From: Haliotis cracherodii
Taxonomy: Eukaryota
Assembly: GCF_022045235.1 (NCBI RefSeq)
Contig: NW_027266279.1
Coordinates: 11,470,001 to 11,534,000, forward strand
Direction: 5' to 3'
DNA: 64,000 nt
Below the pieces are notes generated by a model. That model was not told the DNA's origin. It saw only the letters and a list, made by a program, of their open reading frames with translations, and did no database searches. How positions within the stretch are numbered: the first letter of the stretch is position 1; the number at the start of each line of letters is the position of its first letter. Positions 36,374 to 48,285 of the stretch are shown one piece after another. The position numbers and the translations under genes were made by a program.

Positions 36374-36527
36374 CACTGTAAAGTGATGGTGTGTATCCAA
36401 TAAATATATTTATCCCAGTGTCTTCGATAATCAGGCAAAACGTCGTTTTAGGTACAGAGCTGGCAGCAACGTATCTACGCCTCCGCGATCACTAAGGGGT
36501 CTGATTGTCGTGACGTCATATCACGTG
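36374..36527 (-). promoter_or_regulatory. Promoter plus non-coding first exon of paralog B (CRE TGACGTCA at 36511-36518; donor after 36374)
   Basis: Homologous to 7990-8155; ends in G|GTAAGT on the minus strand. Confidence 0.65.
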
Positions 36528-39153
36528 ACGAGTTTGTTGCGGAAGTAGAGTTATCAGGGCGTCTCAGTTGAACATCCCGCGCTGCGAACTTTTCTGTTCA
36601 GACTCAAACCGTATGCTTGAGTTGGGAGGTCACCTTATAAAATTACACAGGCCAGTGTATTCTTATTTGTATTCCCAGACCTGTCAACTGTACAGGAGTG
36701 AGTCTCAATATATTCAATCTAATATGGCTCTAATATCAAGCCCTCAAATCAAGATTAATTAGTCTCAAGCCAAATCCAATTTTGTTTAAAGGAAAATATC
36801 TTTATCAATGATGCATAAAAGACTCTACGAGTCCTTGAATACAGTTGAATGAGGTATGTCATATTTTTCTTTCTGCATGTCCCTGGACACCGTAAATTAA
36901 AACTCAACGTGTACGTTTAAATGTTCTTCCTCCTTTATGCGATTAGTTTTCTTGTAAGAATCAATTTGGCATTGAAAAAAAACACATCGCAAAGGACCAT
37001 TTGTAGTGGGGAGTTGTCGCATATCTCAATATCAGAGCTGGTACAGGCCAAAGTGACGATGGCTTTAATGTTTCTCTGGTCCCTATTTTTAGACGAAGCG
37101 AACCCACTGAGAAACCTCCCAAACCTCTTTTTGTCGTTTTGTAAGATATGTCGTCATCAGGTGCTGGAAAGACCTTCAACATTTTAATTGTTCATATTTG
37201 TAGGAAATTTATTTTCCAAAATTAGTATTTCCATATATTAGACGTAAGTGTAAGTTTGTAAGAGAAATAATAGTCAACATGTGTAACGACTTCTTTGCGC
37301 AAACATTTCGCTGTTTTTCAAATACCCCCAATCTAGATCAATCTTAATACGCAAACAAAATTTATGATAATGGTTTCCCCAAAGACAAAAAGCTTTAACT
37401 ACATTTTGGATACGAGGGCAAGTTTCAAGATTAATGTAAATACCGCTTCCACACTGGTGGCAACGATGTAAGGGAGTGTAATGGGAGGAGCTTGTTTGTT
37501 TATGGTCAAGAAGGGTAATCGTGTTTGTACAAATGTTAAATCCTTTGCCTTATTTCCTCATAGTGTTTCGCTGAAAACTTCACACACGGGGCTAAGCTCC
37601 TTCCCAGCACGTGACACCCTTCTTACACTCAACCGTGCCGTTCATCAAGCTCCTCACAGCAATAGTCCGTTCGCGGAGCTCTCTATACCGAGAGTGTAAC
37701 GAAGGTGTCACGCGCTGGGAAGGAGCTTGGCCGTTCATGGTCAAAGGGAAGTAACTCTAGTTACGTCAATCAAACGGCGCTGACAGCATACAACACCTCG
37801 AGTGTTGTCCCCAAAGGTAGGTAAATGTGTTTAGAAAAAAGTAAACCGTTACTACATTTGGGGTTTCAAGATTCTTGTAATGGCCGTGCCCACACTGGTT
37901 GCAGCGATGTTACCGAGAGTGTAACGAAAGTGTCACGCGCTGGGAAGGAGCTTGGTTTGGTTATGGTCAAAGGGAAATAATCATGTTTGTACGAGAGTGT
38001 TTTTGCAGGAGTTAACTCCCTTGCCTGAACTCCGAACAGTGTCACCCTTAAAACTTCACACACTGCTTTAATCAAATGGAGCTAACCGCGTTAACAAAAA
38101 TCAATAGTTTTGTCCCCTGTTCCAATGGGAGGTAAGTGTGTTTAGCAAATGGTAAACAAGATTTACAGTTACTTCCCTTTGACCACTAATGGCACAGCTC
38201 CTCAAATCCAATTCGTCGTATGGATGTAGTATGAATGTAACGGAATAAGGTACCCGAGTTTATCTGAAATCGTTGGTGGGCGGCCCATGAAACCACATCC
38301 ACTTGGTTGATGCATGCCACCGTACCCCAGTGATGGATGCTCATGATGTCAATCACTGGATAGTCTGGTTCAGACTTGATCATTTACAGACTGCCGTGAT
38401 ATCGCTGGAATATTGCTGAGTGCACACACATATATCCCACTAACTTCGAAACACTGAGATCAGCGGTTGAAAGTCAGGAAACCGTTGGATGAGTTGTCTC
38501 CCTTTGACCGAACAAGCCCCTTCACTGGGCGTAAAACTTTCCTTTCACTTCCGATATCATCGCCTCCACAAAAGGTGAAGGGGTGTTAGTCGTTTGAGGT
38601 AGTACATAAATCTATCCGTGGTCGAAACGTATCTTGATGAAGAAACTCTTAGACATAATGCTTCATATAAACTGCATGTTCTCCTCCATAATCTATCCTT
38701 GCTTTGTCAGCACAGCTCGGTGAAGGGAAAAATTAATGTATGTGAGGCGCCGTTTTACTTTTTATTCGTGATTTTATCATATTAAATTAATAATATCACA
38801 AATCTGAATTGATGATATCATGAAATAGTTATTGATATCATGAAATAATTATTGATGTCATTCATTAGTATTTTAGATAGATCCTTCATAAAATGATTTG
38901 TAATATCTAAAAATGTATTTCATATTTCGAAAAAATTAAGTATTTTTTGTTTAAATTCAATTTTGTTATATCAATATTTCATTTTTGGATATATAAAAAT
39001 CGAATTTGAGATATAAATTGTTCATTTTGTGATATAAAATAATAGTGAAGTTTTATATCAATAAGTTGAATTTGTGATGTCATTAATTCCGTTTTCCACC
39101 ATAACTGCACCCTTGACCACACGTCGATCTTAACGAATATTCACTGCTGCACT

Positions 39154-39693
39154 CATCTTCCTGAGGCAAGAGAGTTAACTGACTATAAAAGTCCAGTTTC
39201 CACCCTTGCCGTACATTCTGGTATTATGGAGTTACATTTTGGCTGGACTAACGAGTCTGTGCATAGTCCAATCAAAATCGCGCACCGAAATCGAAATCCG
39301 GTTCGTAAAGTGTCATGCAGATTTCGGTCGACTGCAGCATTTGCAAAACATGTGCACCGCCAACTCGTTGTCAACAGATATTTTCTATATCTTTTCATGT
39401 TTTTTATCAAGGTGCTCACGCGATTTGATGCACTTCGCGATGTAAGACTCGTTTTATCACAATATAGATTTTGATTATCGATCAGATCGTCTTGACTGGG
39501 CGCCACCGTTTTGTTTGAAGCAATTGCAAGCGACACGAGAGGTTGAATCTGATTGGTCAATAGGAGAGGCAGGGAAAGGACATAACTCGTAATAGCCACT
39601 GGTGGCACTCCGATCGAGCCCAGGACTTCGAGCGTAGTTCAGCAAGGGTGGAATCTGGACTTAGTCAGTTAACTCTCTTGCCTCGGGAAGATG
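39154..39693. mobile_element. 540-bp non-autonomous DNA transposon with about 55-bp TIRs and 9-bp TSD
   Basis: CATCTTCCTGAGGCAAGAGAGTTAACTGACTA.. / ..TAGTCAGTTAACTCTCTTGCCTCGGGAAGATG; TSD tgctgcact at 39145-39153 and 39694-39702. A solo end lies at 44650-44690. Confidence 0.9.
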
Positions 39694-40519
39694 TGCTGCA
39701 CTGAATATTCCCTTTGTGTGAAGGTGTCGAGTCTGGACGGGGAATACTACCCCTCCCACCCCCACCAATATAAAACACCCCCATCTCCACCTGCTTACAA
39801 AACAAAAAGCAAACACGACACAACCCACACCAAACCAAAGATTAAATGTTAGAAACCATGTTAAATGTATTTTGATTCCAACAAAGGCGCTTCTTGACCT
39901 TTGTGTTTTGTGGGGACATTCTTTCGTTGCAATTGGACAACACAAACTACGCTGGTGATACAAGTCTTTTGTTCAATAACTACATTTGCTCGATGCACAG
40001 TTATACATCGGGAAAATTTAGTCCTCTCATTGTATCGAAAAAGAATTGTTGCAGAGTATCAAAGTAGATCCGAGAGTGAATGAAATGACAATTTGACGAA
40101 TTTGCCACCTTTGCTGCAAAGCTTTAAAGAGTGGAACTCTGACCTGACAGTTCTATTGATGGTTCGCCAAGCCGAGCAACAGACCTTGGACGTTATTCTT
40201 CAGGGAAAATCGTATGCAGTTGGATATGTTGTCATTAACAATACAATATCAGATTTGCCACGCGTGTTTATTTGAACCGACACGACATGAATAAATGTTC
40301 GTCTTTAGGAGTAATTATGCAGTAAGTACTGTGTTCCTGTGCAATCGTGGACACACGTGTCATTTCGCGGGACTAGCACATTTAGGGGTTATGGAATGGG
40401 CCAGAGGTTTCGATTGTCGCAATGAGGAAGACATATTCAGGATACTTCAGGCTGCACTGCGAATGGGTTTGCTTTAGGTTTGTGTTAAGGAATAGAGTCA
40501 GAACTCACCGAAGTTATAC

Positions 40520-41990
40520 ATTAAACATTTTCAAGTACATATAGTCTGCAAGTATTGGTTATATGTCTGCGAATGTAGAAGGATGACCCAAAGAAATACA
40601 ATTTGGCCTGATTACCGCCAGATAACACAAAGTATCTAATCTTATAATAATTTTCTATTTCTTCCTGAATTGTTGGAAATAGGGCTAATGTATAATTTTT
40701 CAATTTCGTTCATAAATATACTGTTTTACAGCTGATAATATGGTGTATAAGGGATTCAATATTTTTACCTTACAAAGTTATGTTTTCATTGGTAAATGTG
40801 GCAGTCTTCATATATTTCCAAGCCCGCTGATCAATCTACTTAATTACATGTACATTAGCACATCAACATTAAATGTGTATAACTATTTCAATTCCAATAA
40901 TGCAAAATGAACAAGGGCTGGAATCTTCACATCCGGTTTTGTACAGGAAGTTGTTTGCTGTGAGGATATTATGAATGACTTTGAACTGGATCCACTTCAT
41001 ACTTCGTGCTCTGTGTACACCAATAGTTGCCCTTAAATACAAATGCTCCAATTCTTTATCTTCACGCTTGTGAAGGGGGCACGGGTGGCCCAGTCGTCTA
41101 GGGCGCCGCTATTTGCTGTGCAGAGCTGTGTCCCTTGGACACACCAGAAACCTATGAAACCAGAAACCCGAAGTGGTAAACGTCTGAGATCTGCATCACT
41201 TCGGGCTTTCCTCCCACATTAAGCTGACACGCCGTGATATAACTGGAATAATGTTAAAAGCGGGCGTTAAACCCAACTCACTCACTCACTCACTCACTCA
41301 TGCTTGTGAACTCATTTTCCCATTTATCATGGCTATGTGTTCTTGTGATCTGATAAGTCTGATAAATATTTTCCAACTTTTTACGTGTTTATTTTTTCAG
41401 GACAGCGACGTCAAATGATTGAAAGGGCATTGGGCATGTTACTTATAAAGTATTCTCCACTTTTGACAATACGACATGCCTAATGCCCTGAGATGTGAAG
41501 AAATCTGTTTAATACTTCATTAAAAAAATGATTCATCAAAATCAGTCTGTTCCATTTTCTTGCAGTATAGAAGTAATAAAATTTATTCCTACACCTACCT
41601 TACCTACAATATTACTGTTATCCCATAACGACTGTGAAATGATCTCCTCACAACTTACCTGTACAGCGGTACAAACTAATAATGTTAGTCCACTAGTCCT
41701 CATGACGATAACATACAGCAAAACCATTAGAGAGGGCAAATTTCTACTAGTCCAATGATACAATAGTAAATTGCGCAGTTTGGCAAGGACTATAGGATTA
41801 GTGCCAATTTCTGATGCTGCTGTATAAGATAACTATTCAAGTATAATGACCATGTTTTCAGTACATCCTTCCAAAAAGCATTTGAAACAGTTGGAATAAC
41901 AATATCATAATTATAAACACCATATTTTCTAATAAAGTCTATAATGGCATTTGATGAAAGATTTGTTTAAACAAAATATGGTTTTCACGT
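40520..41990 (-). mobile_element. Degraded L1/Tx1-like LINE 3' region (zf-RVT), interrupted by a SINE at 41075-41297
   Basis: Fragments SNAFWKDVLKTW, SLWDNSNI and WIQFKVIHNILTANNFLYKTGCEDSSPCSFC...IHI are typical of the ORF2 C-terminus. Confidence 0.75.
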
Positions 41991-44399
41991 CTTTCTGGTG
42001 CAAGGGAGAGAACTCCAAGGGATGCAACGGGGAATAAGTCCCACTGGTGTGGTTTTGTTTTTTTGTCACTAAGGGGCGCTGGCTGGTGCCATGTGCTTTG
42101 GATCGTTCGCCGTGTATTTTCCCTCCCCCCTCTTACCACGGGAGAACATACGTTGTCATTTTTTTGTTATTTTAATAAATAGTTAATGACCATTTCCGCC
42201 ACTCACCAGCTTTGTGGATTTTCTGTCATACGGTTATGTAACGGTAGTTCTCACTGTGAGTTTTTGAAGTTTAACATAATCATGAGGGCTCGCAAATTTC
42301 ATTTCCATGGGGTACCAATCTAGTTCAAATTATTTTCAGTTTCGTAATATGTTTGTGACTGGCTTTATTTAAGACATCTTGAAAACATCACGTGACAGTT
42401 TACGTTTCACAAGCAAGGTTACAGTAACAGCAGACTATCCTTGTCTATTTTAGAAGAATATGCTGTTATAAATTATCATTTGTTTGTTTGTCGTTTAACG
42501 CCACACTCACCAATATTACAGCTATGTGACGGAGGCCTGTAATTAATCGAGTCTGGACCAGACAATCCAGTGATTGACACCATGAGAATCGATCCACGCA
42601 GTTTTGATGCGATGACATGCATCAACTAAATCAGCGAGTTTGACCATCCAATCCCGTTGGTCGCCTCTCACAAGCATGGATTGCAGAGGGACAGCGTATT
42701 ATTCATTCTATTCAAACGACTTTTTGATGACATTCAAGAACTCGCTTTTTAGATATCACAAAATAAGTTATTGATATCCCAATTCGAATTTTAGATATCA
42801 TGGAAATGATTGAATGAAATCACAAATTTGATTTCAGAATGATATAAAATTATTATTGATATCAATAATTCGAATTTCATAAAAATGATTTTTTGATGTA
42901 AAAAATCGATTTATAGATTGAAGACAAGGGATGTGGGGAATCTAACTTATTCTCAGAATGTCATGTCGAGCATAATTAAACAGCATAAAGTCTTTAAGTC
43001 TGAAAGTGTATTTTCAACAATTCGCCATCCCCAAATCAATATATCCAATGTACTTTAAGCGTGATAAGCGTGTCAGACAATATATTAACTTCGATATGAC
43101 CTAAGGGAGAAGTCTTTTTTTCATGAGCCTTGAAGTGAATTATTGATATCACTCATTCGATTTTTATATCAATAACACATTTAGAATTTATGATACCTAA
43201 AATTAATTTAGTGATTTAAAAAAAATCGGATTTGCGATATGACATGTTCATTTTTTTAAGAGTTTAGATTTCGTGATATCTGAATCTACATTGGATTAGG
43301 TGATCTCTCAAACTGAATTTGTGATATCAATAAATGAATTATTGATAACATATAATAGGGAATAATTGTAAACGGCGCCTCATATAATGACCTGCATCAC
43401 GTCGGGCCTTTCTTTCACTTTAATACTATTGACTCGTGTAAGATCCGGGTCAGAAAAGGTCTTCAGCAACCCATGCTTGCTGTAAAACTACGCTTGTCGT
43501 AGGAGGCGACTAATGGGATCGGGTTGTCAGACTCTGTGATTTGGTAAGTGCATATCATCGTATCCCAATTGCGTGGATCAATATATGATGTCAATCACTG
43601 GATTGTCTGGTCCAGACTCGATTATTTACAGACCGCCATTATTTAGCTTGAATATTGCTGAGTGCGGCGTTCAAGAACAAACAAACAAATAATACTCTTC
43701 AATGACTAAAGCTTAGTTGCACGATTCATCAACACTGACTACTGTAATCAGCAACGGTACAAACTTCGTGGGCATTCCAGGTAAAAACACAGCTCTGGCA
43801 GATACAGAACGAGGAGGCAGCAAGAAGACGCCAGTCTGTAACTTTGACGTCGCATCATGGCGATACAAGACAATTAGGAAAATAGAGGATGTTGACATGT
43901 TGATGATACGCATATCAGAGTTACTGCCCCTGTTTTACGGAGCTTCATTTGACTCGTTAAACAAATTCATGCGGGGGATGTTGTGCTCTCAGAGCACTCT
44001 TGTTTTAAGAGTCTAGATTTCGTGATATCTGGATCTACATTGGATTTGGTGATCTCTCAAATTGAATTGGTGATATCAATAAATGAGTGAGTGAGTTTGG
44101 TTTTACGCCGCTTTTAGCAACATTCCAGCAATATCACGGTGGGGAACACCAGAAATGGGCTTCACATATTGTACCCCTGTCGGGATTCGAACCCGGGTCT
44201 TCGGCGTGACGAGCGAACGCTTTAACCACAAGGCTACCCGACCTCTGAAATTTAACAGATGACATGGCAGCATGCTTGACTCTGTTGTATCCAAGCATTG
44301 CCTTTGTTAATGAACAGCTTGTTCCGAAATATGCCCTTATTGAATAGTTTGTTCGCAGTGGTCTGACAATGAATAGTTTATTTAGTGGAAAAACGTCAG

Positions 44400-47300
44400 A
44401 ACTATCAAATGTCAATTTATGCGTGTTTTTTTGTGAAACTTAACAGATTGTTTGATGGAGTCCAGTAAATATACAGTTTCTTGTTCCTTAATGATATCCA
44501 TTGTCCTATAATATCATCCATGTGAACCTGACTGTTGGATTTCTCAATGCTTTGTATCATCTCATGAGATGTCCCCAGTGTGCCCTGTCTTTGAAAGTCT
44601 TCATTAAAGGTCAACTCAATCTGGGATACTTGCGTTCCTACCTTCTTCCATCTTCCCGAGGCAAGGGAGTTAACTGACTATAAATGTCCTGTGGAGTGCA
44701 ACTGACGGCGCACGTCATCCCACGTGCCTCCATCAACAACAGCAAGGAAGACGCAGCACCCAACACAACGGCTACACTGACACCTGCAATCACTGCTTCT
44801 GTCTTCTTGTATTGCTTCCGTGTTAATGTCTGGACCTTTTTAGATCAGCTGGATGTTAATACACACAGACTGAGCATTGAGGATAATTCCAAATATCCAT
44901 TGATACGTATTTACTGTACTGTATCTCCAGAATCCCTCCAGTCAACTGCATCCCCAGATTCTCTCAACTGTGTCCTCAAATTCTCTTCACTCTCAACGTT
45001 GTCAGTTCACAATAAGACCCGTGAAGATTCCGGGGTAGAATAGGTTTTCAGCAACCCATGCTTGCCGTAAAAGGTGACTATGCTTGTCGTAAAAGGCGAC
45101 TAACAGGATCGGGTGGTCAGGCTCGCTGACTTGGTTGATGCATTTCATGGATCGATGTTCATGATATTAATCACTGGATTGTCTGGTCCAGACTCGATTA
45201 TTTACAGAACGCCGTCATATAGCTGGAATATTGCTGAGTGCGGCGTTAAACAACAAACCAACCAACCAACCAACCAACCCTCCAGTCAACTGCTTCCCCA
45301 GATTCTCTCAAATGTGTCCTCAAATTCTCTTCACTCTCAACGTTGTCAGTTCACAATACATTTTGACTCGACAGTAAAAGTTGTCTTTGATCTTGACGCG
45401 ACCTCTCACGAAGGATTTGTCGGTACAATGAGATATAAATGGTCGGTCCCTGAAAACTTAAGGCTCACTGACTTGGTTGCTGCATGTCATTGTATTCCGG
45501 TTGCGTAGATCGATTCTCATGACGTCAATCACTGGATTATTTCGTCCAGCCTCGATTATTTACTGACCGTCGTCATATAGCTGGAATATTGCTCAGAACG
45601 GCGCTCAGCCACGTCAAGGTCTTCGGCTGGCGTCTTCTCTTCTCTGATAGTCCTGTAGTTTTCAAAGCAGCATGTCTGATTTCTATATCTCAAAAACGAA
45701 TATAAACGGTTGGTTCCGAATGGATATAATAAATGCTATCGTATTCTTGTGGTGTCTGAGCGTTATGGTCACGTGAAGATCCGGATTAGAATTGGTCTTC
45801 AGTTGCCCATGCTTGTCGTAAGAGGCGATTAACGGGATCAGGTGGTCAGGTTCGCTGACTTTCAATTTCAATATAAATATCAGTAAAACTCACTCATTTT
45901 CGGGTTGAGACATCCTTGTTGCAGTCATCTTCATCTAAGTGAAGGTATGTGCCATAATAGGTGTGATATACTCTAACTTGTAAATTATTTCTTTTCTTGA
46001 TACGATGGCTCAAAGACCTGATCTGAAGGCTAGTCTGAAGGTTTTACAGCAGCTTTCAGAGAAAAGTGAAGAGGTGACTAACGGGATCGGGTGGTCAGTC
46101 TCGCTGACTTGGTTGATGCATGTCATCGTATCCAAATTGCGTGGATCGATGTTCATGATGTCAGTCACTGGATTGTCTGGTCCAGACTCGATTATTTACA
46201 GACCGCCGTCATACAGCTGGAATATTGCTGAGTGCGGCATTAAACAACAGACAAACAAATCAGAGAAAAGTGAAGAGGCGACTAACGGGATCGGGTGGTC
46301 AGTCTCGCTGACTTGGTTGATGCATGTTAGTCTGTCTTACAGACCCTGATACAAATATATATCAAATACAGCCCATGCAAGTCTATAATGTTTGGCAAGT
46401 CTAGATCACTACAGTATCAGGAAATGAAGAGTCACTGGGCTCCTTTTTATTATATTTTTATTAAGATAACTGAACAACTGTTTTTTATGTAAGATGTGTT
46501 CATTTCAGAGACTAGATGTTAGTCTAGATGCATGTCATCGTATCCCAATTGTGCGGATCGATGTACATGATGTCAATCACTGAACTGTCTGGCCCAGACT
46601 CGATTATTTACAGACCACCGTCATATTACTGAAATATTGCTGAGTGCGGCGTTCAAGAACAAACAAGCGAACCAACTGAGTGTTATGGCTTCCATGTCCC
46701 AAAGGGTGTAGCATGGAAGGGATATCTGCATTCTTTGGATTATATTTTGTCAAGATCGAGATTTAACTTGTCTTGTCCAGAGTCGACATTTTTTGTAGAC
46801 CTCGAATGTTGCTGAAAACACAATCAAATATATATCCCAGTAGTGCTTATCACTCTTCCAAATGCATTTTCGATATTTGTAGTTTTTAAAACCGTTTAAC
46901 CATGTAAGGGATGTTCCTATCATTTTTTATCATTTTGGAACGTATGAATCAAATATTCTCGAGGGCCTTTCTCTTTGAAGACGTTTAGCATTCGTTAATT
47001 TTTTCACAAAGACGAGAACAGTTATCCAAGACATATATTTTGTTACATGTATATCTTCAACAGTTTCATATTCCTCTGTTTATATCTGTTGGTTGGTTCG
47101 TTGGTTTGTTTGTTGTTTAACGCCGCACTCAGCAATATTCCAGCTATATGACGGCGGTCTGTAAATAATCGAGTCTGGACCAGACAATCCAGTGATTAAT
47201 ATCATGAACATCGATCCACACAATTGGGATCGATGAAATGCATCAACCAAGTCAGCGAGCCTGACCAACCGATCCCGTTAGTCGCCTTTTACGACAAGCA

Positions 47301-47700
47301 TAGTCGCCTTTTACGGCAAGCATGGGTTGCTGAAGATCTATTCTACCCCGGATCTTTACGGGTCTTATATCTGATGTGAATCGACTTGTGTGTATGTCAT
47401 CATGCGCTCTCCACCTACTGGTTTATCGTGTAATAATCTTGATGTGTATAATTATCATAACTCATCCATAGGTTATTATCGTCACAGTAAGTATCCCCTT
47501 TTTCCTGTCGATGTGTGGTAATTGCCCACTTCATCATTGAGAAGCACGCACTGAACTTGACTTGAAAACGATCCCTCCGTATCAGATTGTACGCATGCTC
47601 ACCCCCTGTGACCTAACTGTCACTGTTCTTCCGGCGTCATTCCCAATCTCAATAGAGTGCGACAATGAAGAAGAACACTCTCACGTCCACAGGTAATGCC
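44400..47700 (-). pseudogene. Probable decayed Toll-like receptor gene (LRR-LRRCT-TM-TIR remnants) broken by stops, frameshifts and many SINEs
   Basis: Minus-strand fragments occur in the correct order: LRR-like LGYIFDCVFSNIRGLQKM and LEYITPIMAHTFT; LRRCT-like DNFYC..YCEL and WNYPQCSVCVY*HPADLK; TM AVIAGVSVAVVLGAASSLLLL; TIR-like NEDF..QG...HEMIQSIEKS and LRNKKLYIYW. Confidence 0.5.
47089..47364 (-). mobile_element. SINE-like family C, full-length
   Basis: 9-bp TSD ttatatctg (47080-47088, 47365-47373). Confidence 0.9.
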
Positions 47701-48237
47701 TGTATTCGACATGACACCTTGTGCATCAATATACTTTCATTTCTTTCAGTGCTTTTCTGAGAATCTGCACTGGGTGGAAGTGTGGCAATGCCACAAAACG
47801 CACGTAGCGCGTTATGCTCTCGAATTGCGACAAGCAGAAACAGGGTATGTGATCACATAACCCATTGGACTGTGAAGTATTTATGGTGTGTATACATTGG
47901 CGACGCGTTATCTCGTAGTTTAGAGGGAGACAATGGTCCACGGCTTTTTCCAGTCCAGATTTGTGCTGTGTGTGAAGCTGGCACATTGTCTGTGTGTGAG
48001 CAAGTACTGTCTGTTTAGAGCCTGTTCCTGGGCGCCCCAACCCCTCCCCGACCTGGCACGATAACAATAAACGTGCTAGAATAAGCGGAGTGAAAGTTAA
48101 TACCTTTGTTCTGTGAGATACTCTATTCAAAGCAAATACTTAGTCTGGATGTACCCAAGGCAGTACCCTGCGTGTAACAAAAAAGATCATTAGTATATTG
48201 AACTTCAGAGAGAGAATTTATGGAGGGCAACTTCTTT

Positions 48238-48285
48238 GAGGAACACAACGTTTCGGAGTACTCTTTCATCAGATGGATGTTCCTC
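48238..48285 (-). ncRNA. Minimal type I hammerhead ribozyme motif of Penelope-like-element type
   Basis: Minus strand GAGGAACAUCCAU-CUGAUGA-AAGAGUACUCC-GAAA-CGUU-GUGUUCCUC: both core boxes, complementary stem I arms, and palindromic ACGU stem III. Confidence 0.6.

Larger units (their letters stand above)
38739..43386. mobile_element. Inverted termini tatgtgaggcgccgttt / aaacggcgcctcatata with subterminal gatatc-rich repeat arrays (one nested element or two MITE copies)
   Basis: Repeat arrays at about 38770-39090 and 42720-43350; a further terminus fragment at 52322-52334. Confidence 0.5.

Noticed and set aside
46328-46526. 200-bp insertion with apparent gatgcatgt TSD
   Set aside because: No convincing TIRs, and the segment reads as LRR-like host sequence of the TLR-like pseudogene; left unresolved.
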